A DNA stretch of 63,776 nucleotides, counting the filler, from Octopus bimaculoides (Eukaryota), in the NCBI RefSeq assembly GCF_001194135.2. It is 6 parts of 5 records of this genome, joined end to end, with 100 filler letters (N's around TTAATTAATTAA, not from the genome) between each part and the next. Parts side by side here need not be neighbours in the genome. Positions count along the whole stretch, not along the records: positions 20,721 to 37,291 come from NC_068984.1; positions 37,392 to 46,962 come from NC_068996.1; 4 more parts are not named here. One strand, given 5' to 3'. Of the stretch, positions 24,537 to 38,797 are shown one piece after another. The translations under genes and the position numbers were made by a program. How positions within the stretch are numbered: position 1 is the stretch's first letter; each line of letters starts with the position of its first letter. The notes under the pieces are model-generated. The model searched no databases. It was not told where the DNA came from and saw only the letters and a list, made by a program, of their open reading frames with translations.

Positions 24537-27087
24537 NNNNNNNNNNGCAGTGGGACTGAACCTGGAACCATGTGGTTGGTAAACAAGCTATTTACCACAC
24601 AGCCACTCCTGTGCCTATATATATATATATATATATATATATCTATATATAGTCAATTCAAATAAACAATCAATTCAAATGAATGAATAAAATTAACACA
24701 AGAGGATGTGCACAAGTAATGTATTAGCTTGATGCTTGGTGAAAAGAGAGTTTGATGCTTCGAGCACAGCTCTTCATAGGAAAGGAGAAAGGGAAAACTC
24801 CAAAGAAGGGAAAGAAATCACCAACAGCATGTGTGTGGTTGCATTGCTGAAGTCATGTATTGTATTTATGTGTCAGAATTGTGTCTACTTTCAGTCCATC
24901 AAATTCTGGTTGTCTCTATTTCCAGATCTTTAAATTTGAATAATTCTCTATATATTTTAGAACAGCACTATCACTTGTTAAGATTATACTTTGATTAGCA
25001 AGAGCTTCCTAACTAGGTTTCCCTTAAAAATATTTGGCCAATTGTCTTTGATTTCTGCTTGTGTTGATCGACATGTTCTACAATATAAGCACTTTTTCTT
25101 TGACACATTTTATGGTTTGTGTTCATACCACTTCTTTTTTGCTAGTATTTCATAATACTGGCATAACTTTGCAGTGTATGAAAGTACCAACTCTTGTCAC
25201 AAATGTAGATGTATCTTCTTGGAAGTTCTGTTGAGGTCTTTTGCTGAACTGCTAAGTTACAGGGATGTAAACACCTCAATGCCAGTTGTCAATTGGTGGT
25301 GAGGGACAAACACAGACACAAAGACACACACACACTCATATGTACTTATACGACTGGCTTCTTCCAGTTTCCATCTATCAAATCCATTCATTAGACTTTG
25401 GTTGGCTTAAGGCTATAGTAGAAGATACTTGCCCAAGGTGCCATGCAGGTCTGGAACCATGTGGTTGGCTTGGGAAGCAAACTTCTTACCACACAACCAC
25501 GCCTACACCTGTGTAGGCATGTCATGATATTCTTTGAACAGTTTCATGTGGTGAGGGTTTGCTTAATGACAGGTATGTTGGACAACAAAGTCCCCATGAT
25601 ACAAAAAGATGAGATGGTTGGGATACAGTTCTAGTACATTTGATCATGATCAGATCTTTCCCAATTCATATAGACTTATAGGGCTGGTTTCCCAGTTTCT
25701 GTTGTGCATATATTTACCCCCTGGTTAGGATGCCAGTCTGACACAGAATTACTCATATTTGCCAGCTGAGCAGTCTGGAATAGTGTGAAATGAAGTGTTT
25801 TGCTCAAGAACACAATGCACCATCAGGTTTAGGAATCGAAACCACAACCTTATAATCATGAGTCCAACACCCTAACCATTAAGAAAGAAAAGAAAATTCT
25901 ATAGAATTATGAGATGCAAAAATAAAGTGTTTGATCATAGGTGATCTCACTCTGGGCTAACTTGAAATTGAGTAAATTTCTAAGTGCCCATAAGTTATAC
26001 CGAGTCTACCTGATCATATCTCATTAAGGATACATGTGTCTGGAGATATTTTGCCTCTTACAAGGCCAGTGCCTATGAGTGGATAAGTATTTTTGTTGAT
26101 CAAATAACAAGAATATTAATACTCATCGTTGAAATTGATGGAAGCTCCTTTTGTTTCCTATACGTATTCATACATATGTCTTCTCTCTCGCTTAGTAAAT
26201 TCTACATGTACTTGTGTTGTGTTGTGTGTATATGTTTGTGCTGTAAGGGTTATTTACTTTACTTATCTTGAAAAAAAAAAAAAAAAGGAAAAGAAAAACA
26301 AAACAAAAAAACAAAATTAAGTGTTAGAAAGAATATTAGCCAGCCATTGTAAAAGTGGCTTATGATAGATGTTATGAGAGGAATAAGATGAATGGGGTAA
26401 ATATTCACTCTTGATCGAAATGTTATTATATGAGTTAGAATGGAAATAATATCCACACGAGACATCTTGTCTCTGAACATTGACAAGAGATCGCATCTAT
26501 TTATGCTGCAGTTTTTGTCAAGACAAACTCAGAAAGATAATGATTTGAAGAACAGAAAAAAAAAATAACATAAAATAAAGAAAAAAACTCAGAAAAATTT
26601 CAAAAAACAAAGACAAAACAAGAAAAACAAAATCTGTAAAGTCTTTTAGAAGTTGTAAATATTCTCTTTTGTTAAGATAAGCTGATGATTTTATTTTCAT
26701 TTTTATGGGAGTGTTGTTATAGTGGTGGTTGCTGGGCTGAAGAAGCGGTGGAGCCTTCTATATTTATTTAAAGAGGGAAAAAAAAAAATGCTTTTTCTTA
26801 ATCAGAGAAGGAAGGATAGTGCTCCTGACCTTTTTTTCATGGCTTCAAAAGACTAGCGATGGAGATGGTAGTGGTGATGTTGGTGGGATGGTGACAAGAG
26901 AGAAGACAGAAAAATTGCAATATTCTCAGAGAAGAACCTTGGTCCACATGCTTACAGCTGAGTAGAAGACTCTGCTAAAGGTACTCAAGGGCCAGGCACT
27001 GGCTGCATTGGTGGTGGGGGTGGGGTTAAACTATATGATGTTTTTATTTAAAGGTTTAATATAATTTCCAAGGTTTAATATAATTTA

Positions 27088-27322
27088 GGCGGCGAGCTGG
27101 CAGAAACGTTAGCACGCCGGACGGAATACTTAGTGGTATTTCGTCTGCCATTACGTTCTGAGTTCAAATTTCGCCGAGGTCGAGTTTGCCTTTTATCCTC
27201 TCGGGGTCGATAAATTAAGCACCAGTTACGCACTGGAGTCGATGTAATCGACTTAATCCCTTTGTCTGTCCTTGTTTGTCCCCTCTATGTTTAGCCCCCT
27301 GTGGGCAATAAAGAAATAAATA
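27088..27322 (+). mobile_element. SINE family A, near full length and CpG-intact
   Basis: Full head-to-tail match to the reverse complements of 30723-30958 and 57422-57655. Confidence 0.9.
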
Positions 27323-28054
27323 TAATTTCCAAGTTGTGAATTGATCATGTAAATAAATAATTTATCTATTTATGAATTGTAGTCTTAATTTAAATCTCTG
27401 ATTGATGATGTGGAGATGTTTAACAAAATGGTTCAAATGTTGAGCTGCCTGAAGATAACTTAGATGACCACCTCACCCTCACTGTTGATGGTAAAGCAGT
27501 AACTGTGTGTGCATTATTTGAAGAAAAAAAAAATTAGAAGACTTTAGAAAGATTGCTTGATATTTTCTAGAGGAAAGTGAGTAGGGAAGAGTAAGTAAGG
27601 AAATATTTTATTTCTCAAAAAAAAAAAAAAAGTTTTTTTATATCATCATTATCATCATTGTTATTCTTAATGCGGTGTTGGCAGGGTTGTTAGCATGTTG
27701 AACAAAATGCTTAGTTGCATTTTGTCCTGCCATTTCATCCATCTGTACATTCTGAGTTTAAATTCTGCCAAGATTGATTTTGCCCTTCATCCTTTCAGGT
27801 TTGATAAATTAAGTACCAGTTGAGCACTTGGGGAAATGAAATTGACTAGCTCCTTCCTTCAAATTTTCAGGCCTTGTGCCCATAGTAGAAACATTATTAC
27901 TCTTAAGGTGGTGAGCTGGTAGAATCATTAGCTCACTGGACAAAATGCTGAGTGGAATTTTGTCTGTTTTACAGTCTAAGTCCAAATTCCATCTAGACTG
28001 ACTCCCCCACTCCACTTCCTTAAACTTCCACCAAGATTGACTTACCCTTTCACT

Positions 28055-29097
28055 TCATATAGAGCCAAATCAGGAGAATAAGGTGGCTGATCAATCAGTT
28101 CAAAGCCACAGTCATGCACAATAGCCATTGAAATGAAGGACTTATGTGCTGGAGCATTGTCCTGATGAAATAAGACCCCTTTCATCAGTTTTCCTAGACG
28201 TTTGATCCTGATAGTTTTTATCATTTTTCGTAACTCCCTCTGCAAGTTAGCATATTACTCTACATTGATGGTATGGCCCTTTTGAAGATAGTCGATAAAC
28301 AATTTCTTTTGCATCCTAAAAAACTGAGGCCATCACCTTCCCTGTAGGTGAAATGGCCTTGACCTTCTTAGGAGCAGATGAGGTAGGTTGTTTCCACTGC
28401 ATAGATTGTCTCTTTGTCTGTTGCTCAAAGCGATGAATCCAACGCCTATCCTGAGTTACGAAATGTTCAAAGAAACCACCTGGATCTGCCTCAAACAATA
28501 TCAGATTTTCCTGCGATGTGAATAGTCTGGTGTGCTTTTGATCAGGTGTCAGAAGATGTGGCACCCACTGAGGAGAAACCTTCATCATACCAAGTTCATT
28601 GTATAGAATATTCTTAACTTTCTCACAAGATATGCTAAAAGCATTGGCTGTTTGATTTATAGTCAACTACCTCTCATCCATCACCATGTGCTGAACACAA
28701 TCAGCGATTACCTTTGTCGTGGTAGTTATAGGACATCCAAACATTGGGACATCTCCAAGACTCTGTCTTCCCTTCCTAAGTTCAGTTGCCCACTTTTGAA
28801 CTGTTGATAAAGCTGGAGTGCCAACTCCTAATGCAGCAAGCATGTCAGCATGAATGTCGGAGGCTAAACCCTTTTTCTACAGGTATTTGATAATACTACA
28901 ATGCCAGATTTTCTCCATTTTCATGAGAAGTTGCTGTTAGTTGCTTATGAAGTCTTCTTTGAACAGTCAGATGTCAGTTTACCTGGAAAGAAGCTATGCA
29001 GTTATTGATAAGAGTTGAAATTAATGCATGTGAGATTTCACAACTCCAGTACCATCTCTTCATTGTCAGCCTATGAACTTTTCAGCCCACTGTCATG
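28055..29097 (-). pseudogene. Mariner (DD34D) transposase remnant, 3'-truncated
   Basis: Minus-strand fragments with WVPHLLTPDQK, FVTQDRRWI, FHQDNAPAH and PPYSPDLA. 5' TIR GGGCTGAAAAGTTCATAGGCTGAC near 29064-29088. Stops and frameshifts present. Confidence 0.9.
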
Positions 29098-30722
29098 TAT
29101 ATGTGTATATTTCATCATCATCATCATTTAACGTCTGTTGTCCATGGTGGCATGGGTTGGATGATATGCCAAGAAGCTGAGGGGCTGCACCAGATTCTAG
29201 TCTGATTTGGCAGGGTTTCTATGGCTGTATGCCCTTCCTAATGCCAACCACTCCAAGAGTGTAATGGGTGCTTTTATGTACCACCGGTATGGGTGTCAGT
29301 TTGCATGACATCAATATATGATANNNNNNNNNNNNNNNNNNNNNNNNNNNNNNNNNNNNNNNNNNNNNTATATACATATATATATATATACACACACACA
29401 CATATATATGAGTGTGTGCCTCTTTATCTTGTCATTGTGTGATAAGTGTGATTGAGTGTAAGCTATCATAGAAACAGTGTTATTCATTTCCAGTTTTCCA
29501 TAGAAATATGTCTCTTTATGGGGAAATATTACTTTGGTTGGAAACAAGTGAACGTTGGTAATGGGAAGGACATCCTATCATCAAAAACCAGCCTCCACAA
29601 ATTCTACCTGACCCATGTTGTTGGCAGGGATGTTGGTGTTGGTGGTGTTGATGGTGTTGGTGGGTAGTGGTGGTGAAGGGAAGTAGGAGGAAATCTCTCT
29701 GGAACAAGAAGGGGTGATGATGGATATCTGTAAAAATATTTGCATGCCTTCTGCAAATTTTTGGAAAATCATATAAGGCTACCATGACAAAATACTTTGG
29801 GACATATGTTGGATGTTTGCTTGACCTGAACAGAACAGTACTATTTGAGGGCATCAGCTGGAGCAACAAGAACAACATGAACAACAGCAGCAACAGCAAC
29901 AATCAACACCGCAACAACAATATCAGGCAGTTTATAGTCTCATTTTATAGGAATGTTCATTACCATCATCACTTAAGGTCTGATTTCCATGCTTGCATGG
30001 GTTGGATGATTTGACTGGTGCTGGCTAGCCAGAGGACTGTGCAAAGCTCTTCTGTCTGCTTTGACATGGTTTCTACAGTTCGATGCCCTTTCTAATGGCA
30101 ATCAGTTTACAGAGTATACTGGGTACTTTTTATGTGGGACCAGCACCAGCACCAGCAAGGTCATCAAGTAATATACAAAACAAAGACAAAACACCCTCAA
30201 CTGATGGAGGGTTAGTATTAAGAGAGGTGACTTTGTGCCAGGTGATGAAAGGTTAAGTTATGTTAGAGTGGCAGAAACAATTGTCATGCTGTAGTGGAGA
30301 GACATGGCTACTCTCTAGCCTCAAGGCACAAGGAAGTGAATGTAAGTGGAGTGATACAAAGTATTAGACAGGAACAATATGTTTAAGATTCAAGAGTTTT
30401 GAAGCTTTATTTGCTTGAGTTGAATTGAACAGGAATATGAAATAATAATGGTAGTTAGCTGGACAGAATTGTTAACACGTTGGACAAAATTCTTAGCAGG
30501 ATTAGTTCTGGTACTTTATGCTCTCAATTCAAATTCCACCAATCTTAACTTTGCCTTTCATCCTTTGAGGGTCGATCAAATGAAGAACCAATCAAATGCT
30601 CAACATGTCCCCTATGCTCAACATGTCCCCTATGCTCAAAATTACTGGCCTTGAGCTCTGCATTGAATGAGCATCCCATTCAGGGCAAAGTTATGATCTT
30701 TATATTCTGTGTTCAAATGCTT

Positions 30723-30958
30723 CTTATTTCTTTATTGCCTACAAGGGGCTAAACATAGAGGGGATAAGCAAGGATAGACAAAGGGACTAAGTCGATTACA
30801 TCAACCCCAGTGCGTAACTGGTACTTAATTTATCGACCCCGAAAGAATGGAAGGCAAAGTTGACCTCGGCGGAATTTGAACTCAGAACACAACGGCAGAC
30901 GAAACACTGCTAAGCATTTCACCTGGCGGGGTAACGTTTCTGCCAGCTCACCACCTTG
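30723..30958 (-). mobile_element. SINE family A copy
   Basis: Reverse complement of 27088-27322. Confidence 0.9.
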
Positions 30959-31746
30959 TGTTCAAATGCTTCTGAGGTTCTTTTTATTTTTTATTCTTTC
31001 AAGGTTGATAAAATAAGTCCTAGTTGAGCTCAGGGGTCAATGTGTAATTGGCTAGACTGGAGTTATCGTAATTGATTAATCCCCTCCTCCAAATTTCAGG
31101 CCTTGTGCCTTTAGTAGAAAGGATTATTATTATTATCAAGACTATTTTTATTATCATTAAGGCAGTGAGGTGGCAGAATCGTTAGTACACTGGGTAAGAC
31201 GCTTGTGAGTTCAAATGAGTTATGTTGTGAGTTCAAATTTCAGCAAGGGTGACTTTGCCTTTCATTCTTTGAAGATCAATAAAATAAGTACCAGTGGAAC
31301 ATTGGGGTTGATGTAATTGTCTTAGCCCCTCCTCTGAAATTACTGGCCTTGTTCCAAAATTTGAAACCATTATTATTATGATTATTATCATTAATAGTAA
31401 CAGTAGTGGTAGTAATAACAGTTTTTTTTTTTTAACAGCAATTCTTTTTTCGTTTTTCAGTCAGGTCTTTTTAAACCAGAAAGGGTTAAACACATTTACT
31501 GCAAATCATTCCATTCTCTTAAAAGGAACCATGAAAGATCAATATTGTAATATAAACAACAGAACAGAAGCAAATAAAATGGATTTCAATCTCTGAAATC
31601 ATTATGCCATATCGTAGATAGTATAACTCAACTTTCTATACTTTTATATTAATTTCTGTTTACCTAAAGTTTTCCGCTATCCTTTGATTTGTACATTGTT
31701 GTTGTGTGTGTTGTGTGCATCTGTGTATGTGAGTGTATATATTTTA

Positions 31747-31813
<67 letters not shown>

Positions 31814-32124
31814 ACACATGTAGGAATATAATATGTATGTAGTCTTATTGTGTATGCATGTGTGTGTATATATATTTATATATAAATATATAATTATGTA
31901 TGTACACACGCACACACACACACACACGCACACACACACACACACACGCACACATATATATGTATGTATATATGTATATGTGTGCTCTTATGGATGTGTA
32001 TGTGTATAGATAGATAGATAGGAAAAAAAATAGGTCTATATCTATATTGATTTATATGTGTAAATATAAATCTATAGTTACACACATACACACACATAAA
32101 TATATACACATGTATAAATTCATA

Positions 32125-32195
<71 letters not shown>

Positions 32196-33636
32196 GTGCA
32201 TGTATANNNNNNNNNNNNNNNNNNNNNNNNNNNNNNNNNNNNNNNNNNNNNNNNNNNNNNNNNNNNNNNNNNNNNNNNNNNNNNNNNNNNNNNNNNNNNN
32301 NNNNNNNNNNNNNNNNNNNNNNNNNNNNNNNNNNNNNNNNNNNNNNNNNNNNNNNNNNNNNNNNNNNNNNNNNNNNNNNNNNNNNNNNNNNNNNNNNNNN
32401 NNNNNNNNNNNNNNNNNNNNNNNNNNNNNNNNNNNNNNNNNNNNNNNNNNNNNNNNNNNNNNNNNNNNNNNNNNNNNNNNNNNNNNNNNNNNNNNNNNNN
32501 NNNNNNNNNNNNNNNNNNNNNNNNNNNNNNNNNNNNNNNNNNNNNNNNNNNNNNNNNNNNNNNNNNNNNNNNNNNNNNNNNNNNNNNNNNNNNNNNNNNN
32601 NNNNNNNNNNNNNNNNNNNNNNNNNNNNNNNNNNNNNNNNNNNNNNNNNNNNNNNNNNNNNNNNNNNNNNNNNNNNNNNNNNNNNNNNNNNNNNNNNNNN
32701 NNNNNNNNNNNNNNNNNNNNNNNNNNNNNNNNNNNNNNNNNNNNNNNNNNNNNNNNNNNNNNNNNNNNNNNNNNNNNNNNNNNNNNNNNNNNNNNNNNNN
32801 NNNNNNNNNNNNNNNNNNNNNNNNNNNNNNNNNNNNNNNNNNNNNNNNNNNNNNNNNNNNNNNNNNNNNNNNNNNNNNNNNNNNNNNNNNNNNNNNNNNN
32901 NNNNNNNNNNNNNNNNNNNNNNNNNNNNNNNNNNNNNNNNNNNNNNNNNNNNNNNNNNNNNNNNNNNNNNNNNNNNNNNNNNNNNNNNNNNNATATATAA
33001 TATACATACACACATACATACATACACATATTTATATATATTCTACATGCATACATCTATATATAATGTATATATACATATATATAAGCATATACATAAA
33101 CGTACAGGCATACATACATACATACATAATACATACATCCATACATACATGCATACGCACATACATACATACATACATACATACATTCATTCATAGATAT
33201 GTATGTATATTTATTTTAAATAGCTGAGATAGTGAGTTAGTCGAAACAGGTGAGCAAGTTCAAGACTGAAGACTTGTTTTCTAGTCTGATCAATGCATTC
33301 ATGAGATTTTATTTTTATTGTCTTTTTTGTTTCACATTTTACTTTTTCCTCATTTTTCTCCTTTTTTTCAGTTTTTTTTTGTTTTGTAATTTGTTATTAT
33401 TTTTCCAAGAGATAATCACTTAAAAGGGTTTGTGTTTAGCGATGGAAATATGATTCCCCACAAGATAGATGCAAAGAGAGAAATATAGCGATTAAAAATA
33501 AAGCAGACCACAGAAAGAAAGAAAAATCCCAAAACAGAAACCAAATATACTATGCTTATATGCTATAAATCAATTTATGTGTTTGTATGTATGTATGTAT
33601 GTATGCATGTATATGTATATACATACATATATATAT

Positions 33637-33675
<39 letters not shown>

Positions 33676-34552
33676 CATATATATATACATATATNNNNNN
33701 NNNNNNNNNNNNNNNNNNNNNNNNNNNNNNNNNNNNNNNNNNNNNNNNNNNNNNNNNNNNNNNNNNNNNNNNNNNNNNNNNNNNNNNNNNNNNNNNNNNN
33801 NNNNNNNNNNNNNNNNNNNNNNNNNNNNNNNNNNNNNNNNNNNNNNNNNNNNNNNNNNNNNNNNNNNNNNNNNNNNNNNNNNNNNNNNNNNNNNTATATA
33901 TATATATATATATATATTTGCATAAATTTATTTGTATTCATATATTTGCTTATATATATGTATACATATAGATATATACATGTGTATATACATGTTTATA
34001 TATATATATATGCACATACATGCTTCTATGTTTGGTATGTATGATTCCCTGTGTATTTTGTTTGATTTTCATGAATTTGAGTTCATGTGTGCCCATGTGT
34101 ATATAATTGTGTTATAAGATACACCTGATGGTTTTGTCTCTTTTGTCTTTGTTATTTTTTTTTGTGTTGAACTTAGGTATATACATACTAATGTGTGCGT
34201 GTGCGTGTGTGTATCTGTACATAGATACATTTGTGTGTTTATAGGCATATATTTATGTGTATGTATATATTGCACATATGTGAAATATACACACACATAT
34301 ACATGCATATATATCTGTGTTCTGTGCCTCCTTTTTATTTATGTGGTGTTTAGGTTTGCTATGTATTGTTATATTGTCTATAAGTGTTAAACCAAAATAA
34401 ATGTAATGTCTGTGTCTGTATATATGTGTGCATGTATGTATAAATGATTTTGTCGGTTTGTGTGGATGTATGCGTGTGTATGTATCTATATTTATCTCTT
34501 CATCAATCTGTCTACCAATATATTTATGTATATCATTTCTCCATTGTTTCTA

Positions 34553-34589
<37 letters not shown>

Positions 34590-34850
34590 AAAGAGACGAA
34601 GAGAAATGCCCCACTTACAAATATGTGCACATATTCATTGTGTGTGGATACATGCACACACACAGACACACACACACACACACACGTGCACATACACACA
34701 CACACACACACACACATACACGCACGTGTGTTTGTGATTGATAAAATCAGGGAGATGAGCTAGCTGATATCTCTATGTATGCATATCATGGTTGGATTCC
34801 ACCCTCTCTATCCAACCACCTATACTGGCAAGTATGCTAATAGTCTGAAT

Positions 34851-35437
34851 CAGTAGTTCTCAGCCAGGATTCCTATCACTCCTGGGGGAGGAGAATCCAT
34901 AAAAAATTTAGGAGTGGGGGTGGGTCTATGCAAGCAAAATAGTAAATTGGGGGTTTACATAGTTTTTTAGGGACCCAAATGTACTTATTGCAGAAACAAC
35001 TTGGTGTCTTTCTGTAATGTTTTACATAGTTCAACATGTTTCTGGCCACTGAAGCATCTTCTGTCAGAGAGTGTTATTGCAAATCTATGCAAGAGAATGA
35101 GTGAGAAACAAAATAGGAATTTCGAAAGAAGTATCTATAAAAGTAGTATTTAACCTTTTAGCATTTAAACCAGCCATATCTGTCCAAAGTATTCTTGCTG
35201 TTTTATGCTCAAGCTGGTCAGATCTGGGCTCTCACACCAACCCAACAATTTCATTCTAAAAATAAACAGTTATGTCATCGAAATCCCAAAATTGTGAGAG
35301 ATTGCATGACTTATGCAAAACCATGAGAATAAATAAGCATTGCATTTGACCGAATAATCTGAATGGTAAAGGGGGTTCACTAGAGTAAAACAATAATCAA
35401 AGGGGTCCATAGATAAAAGAAAGGTTGAGAACCACTG
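34851..35437. mobile_element. hAT (Charlie-like) MITE with a nested piggyBac-like MITE
   Basis: TIRs CAGTAGTTCTCAGCC / GGTTGAGAACCACTG. TSD GTCTGAAT / GTCTAAAC. Nested element at about 35154-35376 starts TTAA|CCTTTTAGCATT and ends AATGGTAAAGGG. Confidence 0.8.
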
Positions 35438-36265
35438 GTCTAAACTAATAACATGGTATCTAAACCCTGCTCTCTCTTACCATATACCTGGTAAAACCAA
35501 AAATGAAAAAATTCAGTTGTCACTGATAGTGACTGAGAGTGCAGGGTAGAGCCTATATTGCTAGAAACAAGAGTCAAAGACACTTAGATGTGTGTGTGTG
35601 TGTGTATTAATAATAACACAAATGATGGGCTGAGGTTCACTACAGCTTTTTTGAGACATGTTTTTTTATTGATGAACAAATCAGTTACATCATGTAAAAA
35701 AGCTGTTTTCAAGTGAATTAAAATAAAAATATAATTTAATATTTAGGATTTTCCAAACAAATAGTATAGGATGCATATTGACTCTCCCATTTTGGTACCA
35801 GTTGAGAGAGTGTCTATATACACTGTTGATACATAGGTATGTTATCCTCAACTCTATCTTGGTGCCTTTGTTATTAAAATACCTCGATTCTGTTGGATCC
35901 TGAAAATAATTATCATTTATATATATATATCAAAATGTAATATAAATTATATATATATATATTGCGAACTTGTGTAAATGTGTATAGAATAATATATCAG
36001 TTGAATAAAGTTAAAACATGGTCTGGTTTTCATGTTTTTTATTATTGTATTTAAAAAAAATATTTACAATTTTGAAGTGTGTTAAACATTAAAAAAATAT
36101 TTTGTAATGTTCATAAAGTTCAATTAGTGTTTTCATACATTTGCAGTAATCATCAGATTTCAAAATGTATTTAACTGACAGTTGAGTTTTGACAACTGTA
36201 GTAAAATAACTGACTTCTTCCTTTTTTTTATACCTCTTAGAAGTATAAAACTTAACTTTATTCAA

Positions 36266-36321
<56 letters not shown>

Positions 36322-36905
36322 ATTATTCTTGTGGTTACAATTTTGCTTCACAATCGCATATTCTAAATCATAAAGGATGGAAGACAGGATTTTCAGCTTA
36401 GGATTGAAAAGGACAGTTTTGTCTAATGCATCACTGATTCTGCCAATTCCCTTCTCAAACACCACCACCACCACCGCTGCTGCCACCACCACCACTACTA
36501 CTAATTCTTGCTAATATTGGGACAATTTGAAGGGAGGGTGGGTTACTTGATTACATCAATCCCAGTGTTCAACTGGTATTTATTTTACCAGCCTCAAAAA
36601 AAATGAAAGGCAAAGTCAACCTCAGTGGCATTTGAACTCAGAAAATAAAGCAAATGCTGCTGAACATTTTGTCTGGCATGCTAATGATTCTGCCAGCTCA
36701 CCACCTTGATAATAATCATAATAATGATTTCAAAATTTGACACAAAGCCAGTAATTTTGGGAGAGGGCATAAGTCAATTACATCAATCCCAGTGCTCAAC
36801 TGGTATGTATTTCATTGACCTTGAAATGATGAAAAGAAAGACAGAACATAATGTCAGTAAGCATTTTACCCAGCACTGTAACCATTCTGTTAGGTCTCCA
36901 CTTTA

Positions 36906-36936
<31 letters not shown>

Positions 36937-37391
36937 TGATGGTTTCAAATGTTGGCACAAGGCCAGCAATTTTAGGGAAAGTGGGTAAGTTGATTACATC
37001 AACCCCAGTGCCAACTGGTCCTTATTTTACTGACCCTGAAAGGACGAAAGGCAAAGTGGAACTAACAACATCAGCAACAACAGCAAAGACAACAACAACA
37101 ATAATAATAATAAGTGGCTGTGTGGTAAGTAGCTTGCTTACCAACCACATGGTTCCGGGTTTATTCCCACTGCGTGGAAACTTGGGCAAGTGTCTTCTAC
37201 TATAGCCTTGGGTCAACCAAAGCCTTGTGAGTGGATTTGGTAGACGGAAACTGAAAGAAGCCTGTCGTATATATGTATATATATATATATANNNNNNNNN
37301 NNNNNNNNNNNNNNNNNNNNNNNNNNNNNNNNNNNTTAATTAATTAANNNNNNNNNNNNNNNNNNNNNNNNNNNNNNNNNNNNNNNNNNNN

Positions 37392-37446
<55 letters not shown>

Positions 37447-37494
37447 GTAATAATAATAATAATAATAATAACAATAATAATAATAATAAAAAAT

Positions 37495-37721
37495 ATTCAG
37501 ACAAATACATAACAAAAACACCAGGACTTACAAATATATATAACATACAGAAAATTGCACTACTGGGCACTGCACACATCCTATGCAAAACACTTTCAAT
37601 ACAGTAATCGTAAGAGTATCACAGCAAACCACAGCACATACCCAAAGCACACAGAGCTGCGCTCGGTAGTGAAGTGAAAACACATTATAAAATAAAACTA
37701 CTGAACAATAATAATAATAAC

Positions 37722-37761
<40 letters not shown>

Positions 37762-37764
37762 GTA

Positions 37765-37838
<74 letters not shown>
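37495..37838 (+). mobile_element. R4/Dong-like LINE 3' end embedded in (TAA)n
   Basis: Encodes KYITKTPGLTNIYNIQKIALLGTAHILCKTLSIQ*, then a 3' UTR and (AAT)n. (AAT)n is also present upstream. Confidence 0.8.
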
Positions 37839-38797
37839 CCTTTCTACTATAGGCACAAGGCCTGAAATTTTGGGAGAGGGGACTAGCTGATTACACTAAC
37901 CTCAGATTTTAATTTAGGTCATTTTAACCACTTTGGGATCATATTTCTGTTGAAATATGCTGCCTTTACTTCATTTAATTTTAAAAGTAATGAATTTAAA
38001 AATTAGATATTAGTGACAGAGGCAGTATTGCAGAGATACAATGGCAACCTGTATATCCTACTTAAGGCGGATGTATTATAGGTGTGCTGTAATTTCGTCA
38101 CATTCACCCTAAGAAAGTCTCAACTTTGTCATCATTAAGTTAGTGTTTGAAATACCAGCAGGAAATTTTGTTGGAAAGTTTTAATTTAGATCACTTTAAA
38201 GCAAGAATTTTGTATTATAGAACCAAGGATGATCTGATACTCATAAACCCATGTAAACACTTCCCTTGTAGCTTAGCTTAGAGATGGAGGGCAGTTATTA
38301 AGCTAATCTATACATGATACTTTTTACTTTCTATGAAGATAGTTTTTGGTGGCATTCCTACTGAAATCATTGAACTCACCATGATAAGTTACTTTCACTG
38401 ATATGTCAATAATAATATCAGAACAACTACAACACCTTACTCCCCAGATCATTGCCAGATAACTGGATAACTGTCCCCTGCTTGGTATTGCTTCCAATAA
38501 GACAACTGATCTCTCTTCAGATAATTGTTACCTGACAATTAATAAATAGTGCAATTATTAATTGTTGTATTAATCATTGTAATTATTAATTAAGCAATTA
38601 TTATTCATTGTAATTATTCAGTAAGTATCCATTACTTATGTAATTATTAATTGTTGTAATCATTAATTATTATTATACTGATGTACAGCCTGCAATTTAC
38701 AATATTGGTGGAGAAATTATACTAATATCAGAATATAAGTCTTATTATTGGATAACAGATAAAGCATGAAAATTTAAAACCTTTATTAGCTGTATTA

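Noticed and set aside
30594-30638. Short direct repeats (18 bp here; 27-29 bp at 53.5 and 54.2 kb; 39 bp at 1-235) as a CRISPR-like array
   Set aside because: Units are contiguous with no unique spacers, and the context is eukaryotic.
36115-36165. Minus-strand CUGAUGA...GAAA
   Set aside because: U-U at the base of stem II and no stem III pairing; compatible with chance.
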